64,000 nucleotides of DNA, from assembly GCF_006345805.1 (NCBI RefSeq), contig NC_042997.1, positions 191,580,001 to 191,644,000 on the forward strand, in the 5' to 3' direction. Under the pieces are notes generated by a model that was given only the letters and a program-made list of their open reading frames with translations, was not told the origin of the DNA and did no database searches. Below are positions 52,945 through 64,000 of this stretch, piece after piece. Position 1 is the first letter of the stretch. Each line of letters starts with the position of its first letter. The stretch comes from Octopus sinensis. Taxonomy: Eukaryota. A program made the translations under genes and the position numbers.

Positions 52945-53164
52945 CCTTTTAGCGTTCAGATTATTCTGTCAAATGTAATGATTGTTCATTTACATGGTTT
53001 TGAATTAATCATGCATTATCTCGTTGCTTTGAGATTTTGATGATATGATCGTTTATTTTTACAGCAACATTGTATAGTAGACGTAAGAGGTCAGATCTGG
53101 CTGGTTTGAACATAAAATTGGAAGAATATTTGGGCCAAATATAGTGAGTTTAAATGCAAAAGGA
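52945..53164. mobile_element. piggyBac-type MITE family 2
   Basis: TTAA|CCTTTTAGC ... GCAAAAGGA|TTAA. Confidence 0.8.
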
Positions 53165-54669
53165 TTAAAGTTTATTTACTATATCAAAAATTATTTTCTT
53201 CCAAACAGGAGGGAGCATGCATTGCTTGCTGCCACAAAGAATACACATGCAGTAACGTGTTAAAAATGCACAAACACCAAAATTATTTTGGCTTTTTCCA
53301 ACTTGGCTTGATTGTGTGCTGTGACATGATTTAAAAAGTCTATGTTAGCTTATAGTAAACAAAAATCTTGATTTTATAAGCAGCAATTTGAAACAGGAAA
53401 ATGAGCAACAGGTTTGTCACCATTTCTAAGTCTCTCATTTTTGTAAATAAAGTTTTATAGCATTTACATTAAAATATCAGACATTAATTTATACAACTCT
53501 TATCCTCTTCTTGACTGCTCTATGTTATTATTATTGTATTTTTTCTAATTCTTTTTATTACCAATATAGACATCTAATATGGGATATAACCTGACAAAAG
53601 AACAATTCTTGTCACTGATCAATATGTCATCGTTAAAAATAAAATAAAAATTATATTTACCACATTAATCTTTCCGATGTCATTCAATTCAAAACTCAAT
53701 AACTCCATTTAATCAATATCAGTAAAATAAGAGGAGTGGGTGGATGGAAGAAAAATACACTCAAGCTTAATGAAGTCTTAAAATTCAGTAAAAATAATAT
53801 AAATATTTACCGTGTATAAACAATCGATTTCAGTCTGAATACTGATAAGCAATAAAATTAACAAAATTACTTTTATTATATAAAATTTAGTCTTTTTTTT
53901 TACCTTTGTTAGATGAGGTATTTAGGCAACAGTTGACTGACCAGATGTAACCAGACACCTCATCTGATATCAACCAGTCAAATTCTTTAATTAAAAACAG
54001 AACTAGTGGTTACTCAACCTGCTAGAGTTAGCAGCCGTATCTCCATTAAACAACATCTTACCATCTTAAATAAAGGTGAGACATTGGAAAATATTGTTTG
54101 AGCAAAAGCATTCTGAGCTGATCTAGGGCCAAACAACAAAAGCAGCAATATATATTTTATCAACTTCAAAATGATGAATGGCAAAGCTGCTTCCAGTAAA
54201 CTTCAACCCTGTATAGCCATGAAGCAAACCAATCACAAAAATTTTGTCTCGGTTAAATCTTTAGCCTAATTTAGGCACAAGGCTTCACATTTATAAAGAA
54301 GTGGCTGAGATTGTGAGGTTTTCATGCCATTATCTGAGAGGGATTTTTTTAGACTTTACAAGTTTTCCTAAAACTTCTTACTTTCATCTCAATCATTATT
54401 TTAATGTTCACTTTTCCATGCTTGCATGAATCAGGGAGGGTTTATTGAGGGAGATTTTCTATAGCCGGATGCTCTTCCTGTCACTAACTCTCACCCTTCT
54501 CCCAGCAAGGTAATATTTCCTCATGGCCAGACATGTTTTCATAGAATATTGGAAATGGATGACACTGCTTGTATGACAGTGACACTCATTTACAACCATC
54601 ACTTGATATCAAGACAAGGAAACATGAACATACACATATATATATATGATTAAATTCTTTCACTTTCTT

Positions 54670-54837
54670 ATTTCTTTATTGCCCACAAGGGGCTACACAC
54701 AGAGGGGACAAACAAGGACAGACACAGGTATTAAGTCAATTATATCGACCCCAGTGCATAACTGGTATTTATTTAATTGACCCCCGAAAGGATGAAAGGC
54801 AAAGTTGACCTCGGCGGAATCTGAACTCAGAACGTAA
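54670..54837 (-). mobile_element. SINE family B, 5'-truncated
   Basis: Matches the 3' part of the 2942 copy. Confidence 0.88.
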
Positions 54838-55789
54838 GGTCCCTTTCTGTCAACCAAATTCACTCACAAGACTTCGGTCAACCAAGGAACATAGAAAACA
54901 CTTATCTAAGGTGCAACAGTGGGACTGAATCTGAAACCATGTGGTTAGGAAGCATACCTGTTAATCAGACAGCAACACCTTCACCTACAATACATTTGTG
55001 AAGCACTAATAAATGGTAATCTCAAATCCAATGATAATTAATATTTAATAACATACAAATAACGCTTGCTAAACAGCTAATGACAATCTCATCAAGCAGA
55101 GATATAGCTTTCAAACAATCAATCAGTACATATATTGATTAGTTGTGGTTTCATCATGTATCTCAGTTGTCAACTCTTAAGAACCTGACACTAAGCTGTC
55201 TATTATCCAGCTAATACCCACCATTTGACATGCAATCTTTATCAGAATATCACGGTGTAATAAAAGCTAAGAATATTGGTGCCATTATTTGGAATTTAGA
55301 TGCTAAAAAAAGATTTGTTAACTTGCATTTGCTGTCAGAAGATACTTCTGAACTACTACTGCCAAAGCACACCCTTTTCTCAAACACACCTTTTACTTGT
55401 TTCAGTCATTGGATAGCAGCCATGGCGGGACACTGCTTTAGTCGAACAAATCAGCCCTAGTACTTAGCTTTTTTTTTTCTATCAGTCTCTTATCAAACTG
55501 CCAGAGATATAAACAAACCAACAATTGTCAAGTAGTGGAGGAGGATAAACAAAGACACACACATATACTGATGGGCTTCCATGCAGTTTCTAACAACTAA
55601 ATTTACTCACAAGGCATTTGTTGGCATGACGCTTATAACAGAAGACACTTCCCATAGGTGGTATGCAATGGAACTGAACCTGAAACCATGTAGTTACAAA
55701 GCAAGTTTCTTAACCACACAGCCATATAGAAAAATAAAACACCTCATATATAAGCAACTCTTAGCACAAATCCTGTTAATCACCAGAGC

Positions 55790-56830
55790 TCAACCCATGG
55801 AACTCTATAATCAGTATCTCTTCAGACAAAGTTTCCCCACACAAATTCTCTTTTCAACTTAACTTTAGCCTATTTGCACCTTCTACGTGCAATCAAATAT
55901 AGAGACCTCGTTGATCATACCAACTCAATAAGTGTTCTTACTATCAGCTTCAAACAAACTATACATCTGAACTAGTATCTATACTAACTCTTCAACTCTC
56001 TTTCTCCCTGACTAGAGCAATCTTTCAGATTTGGTTAACTTTTGGTCTATTGCTAACATTTACAATATCTCCAAGGTGATGATGACATTTGTAAATGACC
56101 ACTTTTACCACTTAGAACCAGTGAAGACCAGCAGGCTTTCTAGAGAGCCAAATTCACTAGAGACATTAGTGGAGATTTTACCTTTGAAAAGAAACAGTTC
56201 TTGCTTTTGATCATGTATGCCACAAGAACTTCCTAGTTGCCACTTTATCTTGTCTCTCAGTGTGACGGTTTCCTGACAGGTCACTACTACAGCAGGTGTC
56301 CAAAGATTTTCCTTGGCCCCCAACTATTACCTAAGATGTGCCTTCAGTAGTTTTATTGAAATGTGCCAAGAGGAGTCCAACACGTCTGCCTCCTAAACAT
56401 CAACAAGCTACTTACTCTCACTATTAATACAGAAACTGATACTACATTTTCCCTCTTCAGCCTCAAACACATCTGCATCATTCACACACACAACAGCAAG
56501 AAATCTCCCACCTGACTTATATCCAACAGTTTGGCCAAACATTTTGCCTAACACCACAACAACCAGCAACCCATCAACATGCTTTATCTTGTCTTTTCAC
56601 TACTTACCATGGTTTCAGCTGTTCTAAACTAGCAAATAATACATCAGCTATAACTCAAACCCACTAGACACCAACATGTCTTCTCTCAAAGATCCTATCT
56701 CATTCATCAAACCCTACACCAAGCACTTCTCTCCAATCCTTCCTATCTAGAATAAACCAAATATCACCAAATCGTACTGCAATAATTATAAGCATTACCT
56801 CAGACTAAACAAAGATTTTTGGCTCACTAA
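55790..56830 (+). pseudogene. Decayed LINE (CR1-Zenon/Jockey-like) ORF2 relic
   Basis: C-rich strand; HQHALSCLFTTYHGFSCSKLA resembles the HRRxVASLxLFYRYYHGxCSxEL pattern. Confidence 0.45.
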
Positions 56831-57476
56831 TCTGTTCTATCTCTTATGCAAAAGTTAAATAATAAATTTCTTAAAAAAGAAAAAAAAAAACACACATTCC
56901 TATCTGTTAAATAGCTATCTCTATTCTCTCCCTGCCTAAAAGAGAAAACTATAATTGTTAGGGGGAAAAAATAACGGAGAAACTTATGTAAAATCTCATT
57001 TTAATACAGAAATATTTCAAAACTTGAGAGAAAATATCTATTCAAGTGATGAATAAATATGGAATAACCTCTTCAATTCAACCGTTTCAATATAAACCAG
57101 CTTCTGTTTCCATGTTATCAACCTACACAAACTGCTTATATTTAAACTAAATTTTTTACTAAAATCATATTACAAGAATAATAATGGAATATTATTCAAG
57201 AGGCAGAAATCCTATCATAGATATCTGCAAAAAATAAAACATTCTTGTTTTAAAGTTAGATTCCAAACATTGGCCTAAAAACAGTAAATAAACAAAATTT
57301 AGCTATTTCATAAACCCAACCAAATTACCATTCTAAAATTGAAACCAAGTTTATTAATGTCTATCAAATGAAATATAAATACTAGAGCAAATTACCTTTG
57401 TTCATGAGTACCTTTACTAGCAAAATATTTATGCTATGTGAGGAATGCTTTGTTTGTTTATAAACACACACACACA

Positions 57477-58215
57477 CAGAGGGTGCAATGAGTGAATTGT
57501 CACCATTTTATATTTTTTATTTCGTACATGCACAATGTTTGTTTTGGGTTTTGTCGACTACACAGTATAGTAGGGTCAGTTGGGCACCATGTTGTGAGGA
57601 AAAACAGCACCATTACAATTCACTCTACCAGAAAGTTGGAAACAACATACTGCCCTTCTTGGCATTCATGCCAGAAGCTCCTATATGAACATTTCAGAGT
57701 GTGTGAGTGTCAAGCTGAGGACATGTACTGAAAGTGATTAAAAATCAAACATCCAGTCAAGATTGTGGTGTTTAGAGTGATCACTAGTGATGGCGACGAA
57801 ATACCTCCATTCGTCTTCCGACACAGCCTTACACCCAACACAGAGGACTACATCAAGTGTCTGGAGGAGGTAGTGCTGCCTTGGATCAAGAAGGTGGCTG
57901 CTGGAAGACCCTATGTCTGGCAACAGGACTCTGCACCATGCCACACAAGCAGGAGAACCCAGTTATGGCTGTTAGACAATTTCTACGACCACATAACCCC
58001 TAAAATCTGGCCATCTAATTCCCCAGACTGCAACCCCCTTGATTATTATGTGTGGGGCGCAGTTTAGCAAGAGACCAACAGAACTCCCTGTAACAGCAAA
58101 GATGAACTGAAGGCAAGGATTATGGTAGCATTGGCCAACTTAAACAAGGAGACCATCCTGAATTGTTTTTACTCTTTAGTATTTCAAGATACTTTTATGT
58201 AATTTTGGTAAATAT
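57477..58215 (+). mobile_element. maT (DD37D) Tc1/mariner-superfamily deletion derivative
   Basis: WQQDSAPCH...WPSNSPDCNPLDYYVW with 37 residues counted between the second and third Asp; premature TAG; CAGAGGGTG left end. Confidence 0.9.
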
Positions 58216-58216
58216 A

Positions 58217-58537
58217 TAGGCACAGGAGTGGCTGTGTGGTAAGTAGCTTGCTTAACAACTACATGGTTCTGGGTTCAGTCCCACTGTGTGGCACCTTGGG
58301 CAAGTGTCTTCTACTATAGCCTCGGGCCGACCAAAGCCTTGTGAGTGGATTTGGTAGATGGAAACTGAAAGAAGCCCGTCATGTATATGTATATATATGT
58401 GTATGTGTTTGTCCCCCCACCACCTCATTTGACAACCGGTGCTGGTGAGTTTACATCCCAGTAACTTAGCGGTTCGGCAAAAAGATACCAATAGAATAAG
58501 TACAAGGCTTACAATGAATAAGCCCTGGGGTCGATTT
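58217..58537 (+). mobile_element. SINE family A, 3' end missing
   Basis: Head and body match young copies. Confidence 0.9.
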
Positions 58538-59717
58538 AGAGTTCAGTGGGAAGACTGAACTCTAAACTGGATACAAGTCTTATTTAATTTTTACTTTATA
58601 TTTGAGACTGGATATAGTTTTTATTCTTTCATTGGACTGTGGCCATGCTGGAGCACAACCATCAAGAGTTTCATTCAATTGTATTGATTTTGGTACTTGT
58701 TTATCTCCAGCATGAAATGAAAGAATTCATTCTTGATGTATTGGGAGAAGACTCAGTAGGAACTAAATACTGCGAGGTATATTTATTCATCATGCTTTCC
58801 CTTACCACCACAGGATTCATCGGATTTTATCTACTAATTTTCACCTACAAGACTTTGGTTGACCAAAGGCTACGGCTAAAATCTGGGGCCATGAGATCAT
58901 ACATTGAAGCCCAATGCAAAAAATAATTATCATTGAAAAGTGGTAGGTTGTTTGTGTACGAATGAGTCTTTTTTCTTCTTCTTCTTTTGGTGATAGATGG
59001 AGTGGGGGGGGGATAAATGAAAAATACATGACACAGTTTCAATATTCAGAACAGCCTTCAACTAATTTGCTAAATGCACTTGGGGAAAAGCAAACACGCC
59101 ATTCTTTCCATGACTAAATCTGAGGTATAATTTTGTACACTAAATGAAAAGAAAAAATAACATTCCATAAAAAAAAAAATAAAGATTACTTTACAATTCC
59201 ACAAATAATAATAATAATAATAATAAATTTCTTTAAATGAATGACAGAAATACATTGATTGAAAATATCTAAATCACATGTTACAAAGAATACAGATCAT
59301 ATCTAATTTGGGAAAAAGCTTCTCTTTTTTTTTCTCTCTTCATAAACACAATTTCTTTAGAAAATGAAAAGCAAGGAGAGAAAGAATCATTCTAAGAATT
59401 ACATTAGATACTTCCAAGTTCCTTAAACTTGCCTTTAAAAAAAAATATGTATTATTGGTTTAATTGGGATACTTTGTTCGTTTTAAACTTTATTTTGAAA
59501 AGACCAACTCAAATAAATTAACACACCAGCTTGGCTTTATTTGAATCCCATCCTGATCTCCATACTTAAAGAATTGAGAATAGTGATGGAATCACCATCA
59601 TCAAATAAACCTCTCTTTCATATAGAGTTGAAGTCAATAGTTGCAAAATGAAACAAAATGGTAAATTATTTTATTGAGTTCAAGTAATGAGGGGAAAAAA
59701 ATTTTATCTTTTCATAA

Positions 59718-60325
59718 TGGCACAGGTGTAGCAGTATGGTAAGAAGCTGAATTCCAAACAACAAGCTTCCATGTTTAATCCCGCTGCATGGCACCTTGAG
59801 CAAGTATTTTCCACTATAGCCTTGATCCAACCAAAGCCTTGTGAATGGATTTGGGAGATGGAAACTAAAAGAAACCTCTGTGTGCGTCTGTTTATCTGTC
59901 CTCCACCACCACCACTACTTGACAGTGTTGGTGGGTTTAGCAAAAGAAACCGATAGAATAAGTACCTTGTGTAAGCAGTTTGCTTCCCAACTACATGGTT
60001 CCAGGTTCAATCCCACTGTGTGGCACCTTCGGCAAGTAACTTTTACTATAGCCTCAAGCCAACTAAAACCTTCTCACTGGATTTGGTTGATGGAAACAAA
60101 AGAAGCCCATCATGTGTGTGTGTGTCCCCCACACCACCGCTTCATGGTCTTGGTGTGTTTACATCCCTGTAACTTAGCAGTTTAGCAAAATATACCAATA
60201 AAATAAGTTCCAGGTTTAAAAAACAAAATTTAAAATAATAAGTACTGGGGTCAGTTCATTTGACTAAAAATTCTAAGAGGGGCCCCAGCATGGCCAGTGT
60301 CATGACAAACAAGTAAAAGAGAAAA
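59718..60325 (+). mobile_element. Two tandem diverged SINE family A copies
   Basis: First copy ends at aataagtacc (about 59967); second head follows directly. Confidence 0.8.
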
Positions 60326-60964
60326 AAATGGAAGTCTTCATGCATTATACATATTGCCAAAAAACACTGGAAAATAGAATGGTAAAAATAAAACTTGATG
60401 TCACCTAACGTAAGTCTCCTTTACATGATTGTTTAACCTCGAGTCACCTGGCTCAGTGGTTAGAGCATCAGACTCACAATCATGTGTTTGATCCCTGGAC
60501 AGGGGCTGTGTGCTGTGTTCTTGAGGAAGACATTTTATTTCACGTTGCTCCAGTTCCCTCAGCTGTAGAAATGAGTTGTGACATCACTGGTGCCAAGCTG
60601 TATTGGCCTTTGCCATTCCCTTGTATAACATCAGTGACATGGACAGGGAAGGATGGTATGCAAGGGTGACTGCTGGTCTTCTATAAACAACCTTGCTCAG
60701 ACTTGTGCCTTGGAGTGTAACTTTCTAGATGCAATCCTATGGTCATTCATGTGCGAAGGGGGTCTTTACCCTTTACCCTAACCTTAAGTCAGCTCTGATT
60801 CAGCAGGTCAATGATCAAAAGTATTTGAACTGTTAACATCCCACCTGTTTATTGTTTTTTTTTCTCTTTTAATAGATAATGTACCTAAAAACAACAATGT
60901 TCAAAATGTGTTCTTGTTACTTTTTAGCACCTGGCCTGCCCCAGTCCAGTAGACTCATGATTAA

Positions 60965-61153
60965 TCCTTTTGATATCATTCTGCATGAGACTCTCCTTAG
61001 TCCTATGATACAAACTTCGTGTTTAAAATTATCTAAATTAAAACTTTCCATCAAAATTATATGTTAATTTATGTTTCAAATTCCAGTTTAATTACTACAA
61101 AGCTGTTTTACTAAATTTTTTCCTTATTCAACAGAAATATAGTAACAAAAAGG
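60965..61153. mobile_element. piggyBac-type MITE, family 1-related; similar relic at about 20533-20740
   Basis: TTAA|TCCTTTTGATA ... GTAACAAAAAGG|TTAA. Confidence 0.65.
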
Positions 61154-61222
61154 TTAAAAGGTTTTCCAGTTGTGCAGAAAAGTATCTTGGACTATGTTGC
61201 CCAATGAGTCTTCATCTTAAGA

Positions 61223-61610
61223 TTACTCTCTTTACTTGTTTCAGTCATTTGACTGTGGCCATGCTGGAGCACCACCTTTAGTCGAGCAAATCGACCCCGG
61301 GGCTTATTCTTTGTAAGCCCAGTACTTATTCTATCGGTCTCTTTTGCCAAACCGCTGAGTTACAGGGACATAAACACACCAGCATCGGTTGTCAGGCCAT
61401 GCTAGGGGAACAAACACAGACACATAAACATACACACACACATATATACGAGCTTCATTGAGTTTCCGTCTACCAAATCCACTCACAAGGCTTTGGTCGG
61501 CCCGAGGCTATAGTAGAAGACACTTGCCCAAGGTGCCACGCAGTGGGACTGAACCTGGAACCATGTGGTTGGTAAGTAAGCTACTTACCACACAGCCACT
61601 CCTGCGCCTA
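61223..61610 (-). mobile_element. SINE family A, young full length
   Basis: Close match to the 27648 and 32303 copies. Confidence 0.93.
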
Positions 61611-62317
61611 TTGCACAAAATTTTTACAAAGTTGAGAATGGGCCACCCCGTACTGCACCTATTGTGAAATTTAAAAGGAAAAATGGCTGCTAATTCTAGC
61701 AAACCAAGTAACCACATAAGAGACTCCATTGTTGGCTACATTCAGAGAGACATAATTTTTTTTTACTAGGTAGACTAATCTGAGACAAAAAGAGTTAATC
61801 ATCTTGCAAACCAATTACCAACAACAAAACACAAACTAATGATTGTAAGTGCCCTGAACTCCAATGACCTCACTAAATATAGCCAGCTATTTACACCTTG
61901 TGATTAACATTAGGTCAAATTAAAGTTTTCTGAGTTTCTTAACAATACATGCCACTAACTTATACATCATTCCGATCTACTTAAGTCTGTTCTCCAAGTT
62001 CAATAATATTTTCAACCTACTTTGTCAAGAAAGAAGAGAGAGAGAAATAAAGGAAATATATATATCTTTTTTATCTTATACTTGTTTCAATCACTGAACT
62101 GCAGCTTTGCAAGGGTACTGCCTTGAATGGTTTTAGTTGATCAAATCAACCCGATACTTTATTTTTCTTTTCAACGTCTGATACTTGTTCTACTGTTCTC
62201 CTTTTGCTAAACTACTAAGTTACAGGGACATAAACAAACACTGGTTTTCAAGCAGTGCTGGTAGCAACAAACAAGGGGACACACACATATATCATCATTT
62301 ATAATCCATTTTAGTAT

Positions 62318-62638
62318 TGACTGGCTTCCGTGCCAGTGAGACGTAAAAAGTACCAACCGATCGTGGCCATTGCCAGCCTCCCCTGGCACCTGTGCCGGTG
62401 GCACGTAAAAAGCACCAACCAATCGTGGCCGTTGCCAGTCTCCCCTGGCACCTGTGCCGGTGGCATGTAAAAAGCACCCACTACACTCACAGAGTGGTTG
62501 GCGTTAGGAAGGGCATACAGCTGTAGAAACACTGCCAGATCAGACTGGAGCCTGGTGCAGCCTCCTGGCTTCCCAGACCCCGGTCGAACAATCCAACCAT
62601 GCTACCATGGAAAACAGACGTTAAATGATGATGATGAA
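62318..62638 (+). mobile_element. RTE LINE 3' UTR fragment between SINE A segments
   Basis: Three units of about 62 bp and a gatgatgatg tail. Confidence 0.85.
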
Positions 62639-62929
62639 GTCCTTTTTGCCATACTGCTAGGCTACTGGAACATAAACAAACCAACACTAATTGTCAAGAG
62701 GTGAAATGCAACTACAAAGATGTACACAAACACACACACGTGATGGGTTCCCATATACACAATTCACTCACAAGGTATTGGTCAGCCTGGGGTTATATAA
62801 GAAGACATCAGCCCAAGGTGTCACACACTGGGATTGAATCTGAAACCACATGGTTATGAAATAAACACCTTAACCACACAGCCATGCATGCACCTATGAT
62901 CAAAATATTTACACTTCAAATTGGTGATA

Positions 62930-63440
62930 ACTTCCTAGAAACCTTGTGAATCCCAAAATATCAAAGCCTGAAATAGGAAGAGAGAGAGAGATAGGGAAGA
63001 GGAAATGGAAATCACAGGGTGTGCCACTCTGTGAGTGAATAAAATGATTTTCAGCTGCATTAGGTTGTATTCTTTGGTGTTGGTCAAAGAATGGGACACC
63101 AGTGATTGTCATATTTTCAGGCCCTTCCAGAAAGGCTACAATGACGCAGTTGATGTTCAGTTTAAACATCTGCAAGTTGATGTCTGCTGGTAAAATGAAG
63201 GTGGGGAGACATTTTCAGGGGGTAGCAATTCGTGTGGGATGGGGAAAGAATTGGAGTGTTAAGTACAAGACCCAAGAAGTGAGCTACAGTAGGGTTGATG
63301 AGAAGAGAAAAGATGAATGGGTTGGTATACCCATTAGAGGGGAAAAATTATTCAAGTAACTCTCAGAAGAGCAGAGGCCATTGTCATAGCAACAGAAGAG
63401 GCAGAGAGAGGAGACATCACATCTGTGAAGTGTTTTCTAT
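62930..63440 (-). pseudogene. Decayed CR1-Zenon-like LINE 3' end
   Basis: Minus strand HRCDVSSLCLFCCYDNGLCSSE ... KCLPTFILPADINLQMFKLNIN resembles HRRDVASLSLFYRYY..CSSE ... WNSLP..DLQSFK..VN. Confidence 0.65.
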
Positions 63441-64000
63441 TATGTGAATTTTTGTCAGTCAGTGGAATAGCTTAACAAAAGGAAATGTAATTAATTCACA
63501 ACTAAAAATAAAGAACTTAATGCTCTAATATGGCCTTAGCTGTGATACTTAAAGCAACTAGTAGTATGTATGTAATACTTTCATTATAGCATTATCACTC
63601 TCTCTCTCTCTCTCTCTCAAAAGAACTAACACTTGAGTTTGCATTTACAGATTTGACTATATCTAATTATAATTTGATTCTAGTTTTCTGTTTGTTGTAG
63701 GATATGCAGCAGATGATAATGTGAGGCTAATATGCTAAACTTACTTGCACACCATTTGATCACACTAGTAACTGATAAGTCCAATAGACTTCCATTTCTA
63801 TATACAAAAATCATTTAAGCAAGTATCAACAATACACAGTGATAAATGGTTAGAAACCTGATTTAATAGGTGAGATTTCTCATGTTAAAATATTTACTTA
63901 ATCACACCTAACATTAACTGTTTTCACATAGTTACATATACATTGGCAATTTATTCACAATCTTCACTCTAGCAAACTGAAAAGGTGAACTATAAAGCAA

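Noticed and set aside
53905-53985. HDV-like ribozyme
   Set aside because: Crossed stems exist but P3, P1.1 and P4 cannot be formed.

Overview
AT-rich, repeat-dense animal genomic DNA. The SINE, RTE and MITE families look like those of octopod cephalopods (Octopus-like; my recognition, not a database result). I can support no host protein-coding exon with confidence. Almost all listed ORFs are translations of SINEs, RTE 3' ends or microsatellites. The window holds over 20 copies of a tRNA/CORE-like SINE (family A), several other tRNA-SINE families, and 5'-truncated LINEs (RTE, CR1, CR1-Zenon-like). It also holds DNA-transposon relics: maT DD37D, Chapaev3-like, a FLYWCH-MULE, piggyBac/pogo/hAT/Merlin-like MITEs and two non-autonomous Helitrons. 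A Penelope-type fragment carries a minimal hammerhead ribozyme. The most unusual item is a 552-bp GC-rich, hairpin-packed retro-insertion (48616-49167) with an 11-bp target-site duplication (TSD) and an unassigned 118-codon reading frame, inserted in a SINE. CpG decay in repeats suggests a methylated gene body, i.e. probably a large intron (inference). Boundaries of old repeats are approximate.
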